From the IMG/VR virus record IMGVR_UViG_3300021431_000014: 64,000 nt of DNA, one strand, 5' to 3'. The translations under genes and the position numbers were made by a program. The DNA is from an uncultured virus (IMG/VR IMGVR_UViG_3300021431_000014) (lineage: Duplodnaviria > Heunggongvirae > Uroviricota > Caudoviricetes). Of this stretch, positions 45,454-55,200 are shown one piece after another. The stretch's first letter is position 1, and each line of letters begins with the position of its first letter. Under the pieces are notes generated by a model that had not been told where the DNA came from, ran no database searches, and saw nothing but the letters and a program-made list of their open reading frames with translations.

Positions 45454-46662
45454 ATGTTAAGTGAAAGTGCTATTGATAATTTAGTAGAACCGATAGTAAC
45501 AAGACAGGAGGACATAAACATCTATGTCCTCCAAAAGATAGCTAAAAAAGTACGTGATATAGGTACAATTACTGCTTCAGATATCAATCGTATGAAAATA
45601 CTTATTGAATACGGTGCTGATATTCGTGAAATGAATAGCGAACTTGCTAGATTAGCCAATTTACAAGTACGTGATATTAAAGACACTATAAAAACAGTTG
45701 CTATAAAAACTAATCTCGATGCAAAACCCCTCTATGACTATCGTCACAAATCTTTTATTCCATATGAAAAAAATAAAAACTTACAAGACACTGTAAAGAT
45801 TATAGGTGATAGAACTGCCGGAACTTATAAAGACTTGTCACACTCAAAAGCAACAGGATTTCTTATACGTGACCAAAAACATCCAGGCTTATTAAAATTT
45901 CAATCTATTGGTGATACTTATAAATCGGTTATTGATGAAGCTATACAAGCAAGCGCAAGCGGTGTTATTGATTATCGCACTGCTATGAGAAGAACATTAA
46001 AACAATTAGCTGATAGTGGAGTCAGAAGATTATCGTGGGATAGCGGATATACTCAAAGACTAGATACAGCCGTAAGAAGAAATATACTTGAAGGGGTTCG
46101 GGCTATTCAGCAAGCAACAGAAGATTTGATAGGGGAAGAGATAGGAGCCGACGGTAAAGAGTTAAGTGTACATATAAACTGTGCTTTAGACCATGAACCG
46201 TTTCAAGGGCATCAACTAAGAAATGAAGAATGGGATAAACTTCAAAACAGTGAAGACTTTGAAGACGTTAACGGGCAACAATTTGTAGGTGTAGAACGTG
46301 TCATAGGCATGTGGAACTGTAGACATATAGCCCGAAGTATTATAGTCGGTGTAACTGAACCCATGTATACTCCAGAAAAGTTACAAAAGTTTATAGAGGA
46401 TAATCATCGAGGTTATACATTTCCAAACGGTAAACACATAACACTTTATGAATGTACACAAATGCAAAGACAGATGGAAACTAAAATAAGGTATGCAAAA
46501 GAGGAACAAATGACATTTGAAGAAGCCGGTGATTTGGAACGTGCGAGATTAGCAAGACAAAAAGTAATTCGCTATCAGCAAGAATATAGAAAATTCAGCA
46601 AAGATTGTAATTTACCGACTCATAAAGACAGAATGTCAGTACCCGGATATAAACCGATTTAA
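45454..46662 (+). CDS. minor capsid protein
   Basis: DTAVRRN, H...H..FQG, WNCRH, QRQMETKIR. Confidence 0.85.
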   Translation: MLSESAIDNLVEPIVTRQEDINIYVLQKIAKKVRDIGTITASDINRMKILIEYGADIREMNSELARLANLQVRDIKDTIKTVAIKTNLDAKPLYDYRHKSFIPYEKNKNLQDTVKIIGDRTAGTYKDLSHSKATGFLIRDQKHPGLLKFQSIGDTYKSVIDEAIQASASGVIDYRTAMRRTLKQLADSGVRRLSWDSGYTQRLDTAVRRNILEGVRAIQQATEDLIGEEIGADGKELSVHINCALDHEPFQGHQLRNEEWDKLQNSEDFEDVNGQQFVGVERVIGMWNCRHIARSIIVGVTEPMYTPEKLQKFIEDNHRGYTFPNGKHITLYECTQMQRQMETKIRYAKEEQMTFEEAGDLERARLARQKVIRYQQEYRKFSKDCNLPTHKDRMSVPGYKPI

Positions 46663-46915
46663 TTTTCATTTATTAGTAAAAACACTTTACAAATTATCAA
46701 TCTTGTATTACAATAATAATGTGCAAAGGGAGCGAGTGCGTTTACTTTGTTTCATTATTTTTTCCTTCAGGCCGGCGTGGAGAATATCTGCGCCGGTCAC
46801 AAAGAAATTTTAGTTGCGGATGACAACATATAAAAACATCCCGTTCATCGCAGAACTGCGACTGCGGATTTATAAATTAAGCAGATATAAAAGAATGTAA
46901 AGGAGTGTTTGTAAC

Positions 46916-47557
46916 ATGACAGTAAAGGAACTTTTTGACAAGGCAGAAAATGGTACACTTACGTGGGAACAATTTCAAGCCGCAATGGGAGATGCAAAAT
47001 TTGTTGATTTAACTGAAGGTAACTATGTATCTAAACAGAAATATGATGATGAGTTATCCCAGAAGGATACAAGAATCAATGAATTAACTTCTACTATTTC
47101 TACACGAGACACAGACCTTGCTAATCTTCAGCAAAAATTAAAAGATGCCGGCGATGTAGATGCGCTAAAACAGGCATCGAAGGATTTAGCAGATTTACAA
47201 AAGCGGTATGAAAAGGAGACGAAGGATTATCAAGCACAACTTTCTAAACAGGCATATGAATTTGCTGTTAAGGAGTTTGCTAACAGTAAGAACTTCACAA
47301 GTAAAGCCGCAAAAAGAGATTTTACACAGGCCATGTTAGCAAAGAATCTCCAGTTTGAAGATGGTAAAATTATAGGCGCAGAAGATTTTGTACAGATGTA
47401 TTCAAAAGATAATGACGATGCATTTGTAAAACCGGCTGACCCGACACCTAAACCTAAATTTGTCGGCGGTACAGACGGTAAGAAACCGGAAAAACTTTCA
47501 TTGTCAGATATGATGAGAATGAAGAATGAAAATCCGGATGCGACATTTGATTTTTAA
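46916..47557 (+). CDS. capsid scaffolding protein
   Basis: YVSKQKYD, long coiled-coil, precedes the major capsid gene. Confidence 0.8.
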   Translation: MTVKELFDKAENGTLTWEQFQAAMGDAKFVDLTEGNYVSKQKYDDELSQKDTRINELTSTISTRDTDLANLQQKLKDAGDVDALKQASKDLADLQKRYEKETKDYQAQLSKQAYEFAVKEFANSKNFTSKAAKRDFTQAMLAKNLQFEDGKIIGAEDFVQMYSKDNDDAFVKPADPTPKPKFVGGTDGKKPEKLSLSDMMRMKNENPDATFDF

Positions 47558-47568
47558 GGAGGTAAATT

Positions 47569-48777
47569 ATGCCGCAATTTGATAGTAAACTTTTTAACGG
47601 TGAAGTATTTCAGCGGTACGTTGACAGAGTACCGAATCTGAAATTGAACGAACTGCTTCGTTCTAGGGCAATTACAGCAAGACCCGACCTTGCAGGTGCG
47701 ATGGCAGACCAGGTTGGTGGTAATTATCTTACCACTCCGCTGAAAGGTCTTATTAGTGGAATGGCTCCGCTGAACTACGATGGTGTTACGGATATTACTT
47801 CCCACACCACTCAGACGTTTAGTCATTCCCGTGTTGTTGTAGGTCGTGCAAATGCTTGGACTGAAAAGGATTTCTCTTATGATATCACCGGTGGTGTTGA
47901 TTTCATGGAGAACGTTGCACAGCAGGTTGCTGAATATTGGGATGAAATTGACCAGGCTACAATCGTTGCAATTCTTAATGGCGTGTTTAGTATGACCGAT
48001 ACAGAAGGTGCTAGATTTGTAACCGAACATACACATGATATCCATGCTGTACAGAATAGTGAAGGCAAGACCGGATTTATGGATGGTACTTCTTTGAATA
48101 CTGCTATTCAGAAAGCATCCGGTGACCATAAGAATAGATTTAGTCTTGCAATTATGCATTCTGTAGTAGCTACCAATCTTGAGAATATGAAGATTCTTGT
48201 ATATCTCAAGTATAATGACGCTAATGGTATGGAGCGTGAAACTGGCATGGCTACTCTTAATGGTAGACTTGTTATCATTGATGACAGTATGCCGGTTCTT
48301 GAAGATGAAGGAACTGCAACCTTCACTAAGACTTCTGATACATCTGTACAGCCGGGTAAGACTTATTACACCCGTACCGGTTCCGCAGGCAAGTATCATT
48401 ATGTTGCTGTTGTTACTCCGCAGGATGACAACGTTGGTAACTACTATGAGAAAACCGGTGCCGGTGACCCGATGTATGTAACTTATCTGTTTGGTGACGG
48501 TGCGATTGAGTACACCAACTGCGGTGCTAAAGTTCCGGCTGAAATGAGCCGTGACCCGAAGACCAACGGTGGTCAAGATACGCTGTACAACAGACAGAGA
48601 AAATGTTTTGCTCCGTATGGTATTTCCTTTACCAAGGCAAATATGTCTACTCTGTCTCCGACAGATGCAGAACTGTCTGACGGTGCTAACTGGGAACTTG
48701 TAAATACAGGCGGCACTAATAAGAAGTACATCAATATCAAAGCAATTCCGATTGCTAGAATTATCTCTCTTGGCTGA
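47569..48777 (+). CDS. major capsid protein
   Basis: FDSKLFNGEVF, NYDG.TDI, GRANAWTEKDF, MHSVVATNLE, GGQDTLY.R. Confidence 0.9.
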   Translation: MPQFDSKLFNGEVFQRYVDRVPNLKLNELLRSRAITARPDLAGAMADQVGGNYLTTPLKGLISGMAPLNYDGVTDITSHTTQTFSHSRVVVGRANAWTEKDFSYDITGGVDFMENVAQQVAEYWDEIDQATIVAILNGVFSMTDTEGARFVTEHTHDIHAVQNSEGKTGFMDGTSLNTAIQKASGDHKNRFSLAIMHSVVATNLENMKILVYLKYNDANGMERETGMATLNGRLVIIDDSMPVLEDEGTATFTKTSDTSVQPGKTYYTRTGSAGKYHYVAVVTPQDDNVGNYYEKTGAGDPMYVTYLFGDGAIEYTNCGAKVPAEMSRDPKTNGGQDTLYNRQRKCFAPYGISFTKANMSTLSPTDAELSDGANWELVNTGGTNKKYINIKAIPIARIISLG

Positions 48778-48805
48778 TACGTGATTTTTAAAGGCGGTGA
48801 TTTTA

Positions 48806-49228
48806 ATGTATCTTACATTTGACAAATATACGGAATATGGTGGTACATTAGATGAAACCGCCTTTAATGAATTAGAATTTGAAGCCAGAACAGTAATTGA
48901 TTGGTGGACATTTAATAGATTACAAAATGAGGAATCTTATCCCGAAGCTGTCACAAGATGTATGTATGCTTTAATCAAGTTGATTCATACACAACAATGC
49001 GCTATGGTGGTTGACGGAACTCCAACAGAAGAAAACTCTGCTACATCCGCAGGAGTCGCAAGTCAATCCAATGATGGAGTATCTATTTCGTATAATACCT
49101 TATCTGCTCATGATGCGGTCGAAACTATCAAAGACAAACTTAAATTAACTGTACAGCAATATTTACAAAACGTGAAAAATTCTTTGGGACGAAAAGTCTT
49201 GTATAGGGGGTTGTATCCCGGTGAATAA
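48806..49228 (+). CDS. head-tail adaptor
   Basis: YLTFDKY, SQSNDGVSISY, LYRG. Confidence 0.75.
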   Translation: MYLTFDKYTEYGGTLDETAFNELEFEARTVIDWWTFNRLQNEESYPEAVTRCMYALIKLIHTQQCAMVVDGTPTEENSATSAGVASQSNDGVSISYNTLSAHDAVETIKDKLKLTVQQYLQNVKNSLGRKVLYRGLYPGE

Positions 49229-49667
49229 TTATCCTTCGTGGTGGAATACCACAATCACTATCTTTAACAGATACGAAGACCCACTAACTAATATAGTTAG
49301 GTGGTATTCGCATGTAGTATCGGGAGCGTTTTGGAAATATGCTAACAACAAAGTAGTTATTGATAAGGTTGTCTTAGAAACAAATGATATCATATGCAGA
49401 ATAAGAAAAGACGAAGCGTTTAAAGATAAACATTTATGGATAGCACTACCGAACGATGAAATGGCTAATTATTTTACTTTAGGTCAAGGAGATATAATCA
49501 TCAAGGGCGAGGTAACTGATGTTATAGATGAATATACATCCGGACAACGTTCTTCTGACATAAAGAAAAAATATAAAGCCTTGCAAGGTTGTTTAGAGAT
49601 TCAACAATGGGCAGACAACACCGGCGGCGGTAGAGGACAAGAACATTATTTTGTAAAGGGTGTGTAA
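49221..49667 (+). CDS. head closure / neck protein
   Basis: Position, TITIFN, FTLGQGDIIIKG. Confidence 0.65.
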   Translation: MNNYPSWWNTTITIFNRYEDPLTNIVRWYSHVVSGAFWKYANNKVVIDKVVLETNDIICRIRKDEAFKDKHLWIALPNDEMANYFTLGQGDIIIKGEVTDVIDEYTSGQRSSDIKKKYKALQGCLEIQQWADNTGGGRGQEHYFVKGV

Positions 49668-49669
49668 CA

Positions 49670-50176
49670 ATGCCAACTATTAACATTCAAGTATTACAGT
49701 TTCGAACAAAGAGACAAGATGAATTAATTGCCATGCTTAATGACCCAGAAGTTCGAACAAATATGAATAAAATTTTGGGTAAATATATAAATAATTTTGT
49801 TCCTTTAGGTAAAACTGGTAAACTTAGAGAATCAATGGAAGCAACACCAGATTCTATTACTTGGGGTAAGAATCTCGAACGTAATTACGCAGGTTATCAA
49901 TATAGAGGTCAAGTGTACGGACCCAATATTCCAATAATACGTCAAGGAACAATAGTTGGCTGGTATTCAAGAAAACCTAAACATCCAACAGGCCGAGAAC
50001 TTGGTGTTCCCGGTGAATGGAAAGGCTGGGTATTCGGATATAGTGAACCTGGTACGAAACATCATTGGGATGAACAGTTTTCTAAAGACCGTAGGTGGAA
50101 AGCACAAGCAAATCGTGAAATAACACAAGAATTAAAAAAAGAGTGTAAAAGAAGAGGATTAAAAAGATGGCTATAG
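49670..50176 (+). CDS. minor capsid/neck protein
   Basis: FVP..TG.L..S, YAGYQYRG. Confidence 0.65.
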   Translation: MPTINIQVLQFRTKRQDELIAMLNDPEVRTNMNKILGKYINNFVPLGKTGKLRESMEATPDSITWGKNLERNYAGYQYRGQVYGPNIPIIRQGTIVGWYSRKPKHPTGRELGVPGEWKGWVFGYSEPGTKHHWDEQFSKDRRWKAQANREITQELKKECKRRGLKRWL

Positions 50177-50649
50177 ACAAAAATCAAGCTGTTATAAATT
50201 TCTTTTTGCAGTGTCCTAATATATTTAAAAATCCTCTTTATTTTAACTTTATTAATGCAAAAGATAATACAAATCAGTTTCTTACACAACCAAATCAAAG
50301 ATATTCAAACAGACAGTATGTTGACGGAAGTGAAATGAAGCAATATCCATTCACTCTAATCATACATAAGTCAACAAATGATATACCTGTAGTTAAGTTA
50401 GAAGGATACTCTAATGAAAATATGTCGGATATGTCAGATGTGCAATCTTTGATTGATTGGATAAAGGAACAAGATGAATTACATAACTATCCAGATTTTG
50501 GCGAAGATTGTATTATAGAATCAATGTTGCCGACAACTGATAATCCTAGTTTCGATGGCATAGACGAAGAACTGTCTCCGCCACTTGCAATATATAGTGT
50601 AGCTGTAGAGATACAATATTTGGATATTAGTAAGAGAATATGGAGGTAA
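50167..50649 (+). CDS. tail terminator-like protein
   Basis: Position before the tail tube; YVDGS, WIKEQ...NYP. Confidence 0.6.
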   Translation: MAIDKNQAVINFFLQCPNIFKNPLYFNFINAKDNTNQFLTQPNQRYSNRQYVDGSEMKQYPFTLIIHKSTNDIPVVKLEGYSNENMSDMSDVQSLIDWIKEQDELHNYPDFGEDCIIESMLPTTDNPSFDGIDEELSPPLAIYSVAVEIQYLDISKRIWR

Positions 50650-50653
50650 AGAA

Positions 50654-51178
50654 ATGGCAGTTACTCAGTTTAACTTACCTAAAGGCCAAAGAGCAGAAAG
50701 AAAACTTTTAATTACTGTAGCAGAATGGATGGACGGGTCTACTCAGACACGTGAGATTCTTGGTACACGTACTGAAGATTCCAGTATTGAGTATAACCCG
50801 GATATTGAAACTACGACTGATATTCTTGGTATCAATTATACCGATATGAACAGAACTCAGCCGCAACAGGATTTTGACCCGTTCCTTGTTCTGGGCGGTT
50901 CTAAACTTGGTGCGTTACTGAATGATATCAGACGTAGAAACGCACTGGCTGAACTTAGCCAGTTTACTGTATATATTATTACTGCATTTGTCGGTGAAGC
51001 CGGTACATATGCGGCTGAGAAACATACAGGTTGTACTATTGCATATAACAGTATCGGTGGTGATACGAACGTAAACTTCCCGATTTCTGTATATTACAGC
51101 AACAACATCACTACAGGCACCGTTGATAAACTTGCTGATGATTTCACATTTACAGCTGATGCTACTGTAGGTGGTTGA
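50654..51178 (+). CDS. major tail (tube) protein
   Basis: SIEYNPD.ETTTDILG, SIGGD; position. Confidence 0.75.
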   Translation: MAVTQFNLPKGQRAERKLLITVAEWMDGSTQTREILGTRTEDSSIEYNPDIETTTDILGINYTDMNRTQPQQDFDPFLVLGGSKLGALLNDIRRRNALAELSQFTVYIITAFVGEAGTYAAEKHTGCTIAYNSIGGDTNVNFPISVYYSNNITTGTVDKLADDFTFTADATVGG

Positions 51179-51195
51179 TAAGGAGGAAATTTTAA

Positions 51196-51702
51196 ATGGC
51201 TAAAGTAAATAAAGTAAACGCTACTACACCCGATGTAATTGACCTTAAGTTACCGGATTTACAATCAAAACGATTCAGAATTGATGGAGATGATAACCGT
51301 ATTTTAGTTCTGAATACGTCTGATATGAATATCTTGTCTAGGTTAAAAGAAGTGTATCCTAAATTAGTGACTTTGACTCAAGACGCAGTTAAAAAATTAC
51401 CGATGGATATGGATATTCCAGAGGAAGAATTTACTGTTGATAGTGAAGCTGTTACAACTATGGTCGATGTTTTAACCGAAATTGATACTAAAATGAGAGA
51501 GTTAATTGATTATCTGTTTAATTCAAATGTATCAGAAATGTGTGCCCCTAACGGTTCTATGTATGACCCAGTAAACGGTAAATTTAGATATGAACATATC
51601 ATTGATACATTATCAAAATTGTATACAGATGATATCACATCAGGAGTTAATCAAATCACTGCTAGAGTTAAAAAGCACACTGATAAATATGTAAAGAGAT
51701 AA
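51196..51702 (+). CDS. tail assembly chaperone
   Basis: Between the tube and Gp15-like genes. Confidence 0.6.
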   Translation: MAKVNKVNATTPDVIDLKLPDLQSKRFRIDGDDNRILVLNTSDMNILSRLKEVYPKLVTLTQDAVKKLPMDMDIPEEEFTVDSEAVTTMVDVLTEIDTKMRELIDYLFNSNVSEMCAPNGSMYDPVNGKFRYEHIIDTLSKLYTDDITSGVNQITARVKKHTDKYVKR

Positions 51703-51706
51703 AACA

Positions 51707-52291
51707 ATGTATGAAATTCCTACATCAATAGAGATAGATGGTAGACAATTTCACATAAGAAATAATGGAGACTATCGAGTAATTCTTGACTGCTTTCAAG
51801 CGTTGGAAGATGTGGAACTTCAACCGACAGAAAGGATACTCGCTAGTCTTATTATTTTTTATGAGGATTTTAATACCGTTGAAGATATATATGAAGTAAA
51901 TATAGAAAAAGCCGTATCGGAGATGTACAACTTCTTTAACTGCGGTTCAGATAATTTTGGTACATCTTCCAAATACAAACTGATTGATTGGGAAGGAGAT
52001 GCACAATTAATTTGCTCCGCTGTTAATAAAGTAGCTGGCACAGAAGTTCGTTCTGTACCGTATATACACTGGTGGACATTTATGGGATACTACACTGCCA
52101 TAGGAGATTCTCCGATATCGACAATCATCCATATTCGTGATAAAATAATGAGTAATAAGAAACTGGAAAAATACGAACGAGAATTTCGTATGAAGAATCC
52201 TCAATATTTTACTTGGAACAGTAAACGTGTGGATGATGCAGAAGCAGATAAGTTAGCAAGAGAATTATGGAATAGTAATAGTGAGGGTTAA
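51707..52291 (+). CDS. A118 Gp15-like tail assembly protein
   Basis: DYRVIL, IDWEGDAQLI, HWWTF, IIHIR. Confidence 0.8.
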   Translation: MYEIPTSIEIDGRQFHIRNNGDYRVILDCFQALEDVELQPTERILASLIIFYEDFNTVEDIYEVNIEKAVSEMYNFFNCGSDNFGTSSKYKLIDWEGDAQLICSAVNKVAGTEVRSVPYIHWWTFMGYYTAIGDSPISTIIHIRDKIMSNKKLEKYEREFRMKNPQYFTWNSKRVDDAEADKLARELWNSNSEG

Positions 52292-52294
52292 ACT

Positions 52295-55200
52295 ATGGCG
52301 GCAGTTGATGGTGATGTTGTATTAAAGGTAACACTTAATGCCGATGATGCTATAAAAGTAGCAAATGAATTACAAGATGACGTTGAAAATATTATAACTG
52401 CATCCAAAGATAATAATGTACTTAAACCTTTTTCTGACCAATTAAAAGAGGTTTTAAAGCGTTCTGAAAATGTAAAAACGCAATTAACTTCTATGACCGA
52501 AAGATTGCAAGCAATTCAAGGTCAAATGAATACCATGAGAAGTAATGCTGGACCAAATCCGCAGTATGAAGCGTTGCAACAACAGTTAAATGAAACAACT
52601 GTTAAATTAGAGTCCGCAAGAGATAAAGCAGAACAATTTAGGCGTGAAATGGCAGCATTATCACAAACTAAAGTAACTTCCTTAGAATTTAAGACTTTAG
52701 AAAGTGAATTAAGTACCGTTGAAACACGTTTTAATATTTTAAACGACAGTATGGAAAATTTTTTGAAACGCGGTGGTTCAAAAGAAAGCCCGTTGTTTAA
52801 AAGTATGCAAAAGGATGCAGATATACTGTCTCAACAAATAGATGATATATTACAAAAAGTAGTAGATTTCCCAGCAGATAAAGTTGAAATTGCCGGAACT
52901 GATTCCGAAGAGTATAAGGAATTAGAAGAAAATTTACAAATTCGAGAAGAGTTCATACAGCATTATGAACAATCTATATCTGACCTTAGTCAAAAATTGC
53001 AAGACATGCAAAGGCTTGGATTAGATAAGGCAGATGTAACTAAAACTGATGAATATAAGCAATTAGCGTCAGAATTTAATGAAGTAAAGACTAATGCCAA
53101 AGCAATGACTTCAACATTAGACCGTGTAAATGGAGAGATGTTGCAGTTAAGCACAAGCGCCAATCAAACAAATTATGCGGCTGAACGTTCTGCTAGAATA
53201 TTGCATAATTTAGCAATAGTTGGTAGGGCAGTGTCTGGCACATTTAATCTTCTAACTCGTTCTGTTAACTGGACACTTGGTCTATTTAAAAAGTTTGTTA
53301 ACACAACTAGTCAAGTAGTTTCTAATTTGGCTAAGATGGCAAGTTCTGGTATTATTGGCGGAATAAAACGATTAGGCAGTGCGATAGCAAATTTAAATAA
53401 ACACGGAAATAAGAATAACGATGTTTTCAAAAAAGCATTTAGAATGTTATTAAGATATGGGTTGGGAGTTCGTTCTTTTTATTTCTTATTTAGAAAATTA
53501 CGTAAAGCATTAACTGAGGGTATAGGTGAATTATCAAAAGCATATGAACCTCTTAATTCATCTATGTCAAATATCAAAACTGCTTTAATGGATTTACGAA
53601 ATAGTTTTGCCGCGGCATTCGCTCCAATTATTCAGTACGTTGAACCAATTTTAACCAAATTTATAATGATGATATCTGAAGCTGTTACTAAGGTCGGTAT
53701 GTTAATAGCTGCTTTAACAGGTAAACAGTATGCTAAACTTGCAACTACCTATCAAGATTATGCAAAGAGTTTGGATAAATCTACTAAGAGTTCATCAAAA
53801 AATAAGAAAGCTACAGAAGAACAAGAAGAAGCCGCTAAAGAATTACAAAGAACACTTGCCGGGTTTGATGATGTAGAAATTTTACATGAAGATAAAGATA
53901 AAAATAATAAATCCTCTACTCCAGACACTGACACTGACGAAGAAATACCAACACTTGCGAATATACCTGTAGATGACTCTATTAATGATTTTGTTAAACG
54001 TTTATTAGATGCTTGGAAGAACGCAGATTTCTATGAGTTTGGTAGAATACTTGGTGAAAAAATAAGAGATGCTTTAAATAGTATTCCGTGGGATGCTATA
54101 AAAGAAGGAGCTAGAAAAGTAGCAAAGAGTATTGCCACATTCTTAAACGGTTTCTTAGAAACACCAGGATTGTTCGATGCTATTGGAAAAACGTTAGCTG
54201 AAGCATTAAATACCGCGTTTGAATTTTTACTTCAGTTTGCAAAATCATTCCATTTTGATGCTTTAGGCGAAGCTGTAGGAACAACTATAAAAAGCGCATT
54301 AGATAATATTGATTGGCCTATAATTTATGACACTTTTAAATATTGGGGTTGGGGACTTGCAGAAGCGTTAAATAGATTCTTAGAAACCCCCGGTTTATTT
54401 AGTTCTCTTGGAACTACACTGGCTAATGCTATCAATGCAATATTTACCGGATTATATAATTTCATTATTACGTATAATGCAGGTTCAATAGGCGGTGCCA
54501 TTGCAACATTTTTAAACAATGCACTTGGCAATATAGATTGGCCGTTAATTCAAGCAACTTTATCTACTTTGGGAGAGAAACTTGCGACAGAAATTAAAAC
54601 GTTTATAGAACAAGCGAACTGGGAAGGTCCGGGTGGCGTCGGTGAAACAATAGGAAATCTGTTTAACACAGCTGTAGGATTTGTTTTTAAGTTTGCAGAA
54701 AAAGACCCATTTAACGGACTTGGTGAAAAAGTTGCCGGTGCATTAAATACAGCTATGGCAACTGCTAAATCTGGTTGGATATTATTAAAACAAACCATAA
54801 GAAGATTATTTATAAGTGCATTAAAGGAATTATATAATTTTTCTGAGACTTTTGATTTTGAAGGTTTAGGACAAGAAGTTAGTAATACAATCCAACAAGC
54901 ATTGGCTGATAAGACATTATGGGAACAGGCTTGTAAAACTTTATATTCATGGTTTCATAATATTGTTAAGTTTTTAAAAACTGCATTACCTTCTGAAGCA
55001 CAATGGAAATTATTGGGTACAAGAATTGCAGAATTATTAGATGCAGTTCCGTGGAAAGAAGTTCTTGATTTATGTCTTAATGCGTTAAAAGATGCTTTCT
55101 TTGGATTTTTCCAAGGTTTAGGTTCTACTGTAGCAGGAAAAATAGTTCTTGGACTTATCATGTTTCATGTAACTACAACAATGATAATACCGTTTGTCAA

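Noticed and set aside
47554..48825. 423-aa minus-strand ORF
   Set aside because: Antisense shadow of the major capsid gene caused by its codon bias; no RBS or recognisable motifs
51196..52291. Programmed frameshift between tail chaperone genes
   Set aside because: No clear slippery heptamer at the end of 51196..51702; the second gene has its own ATG
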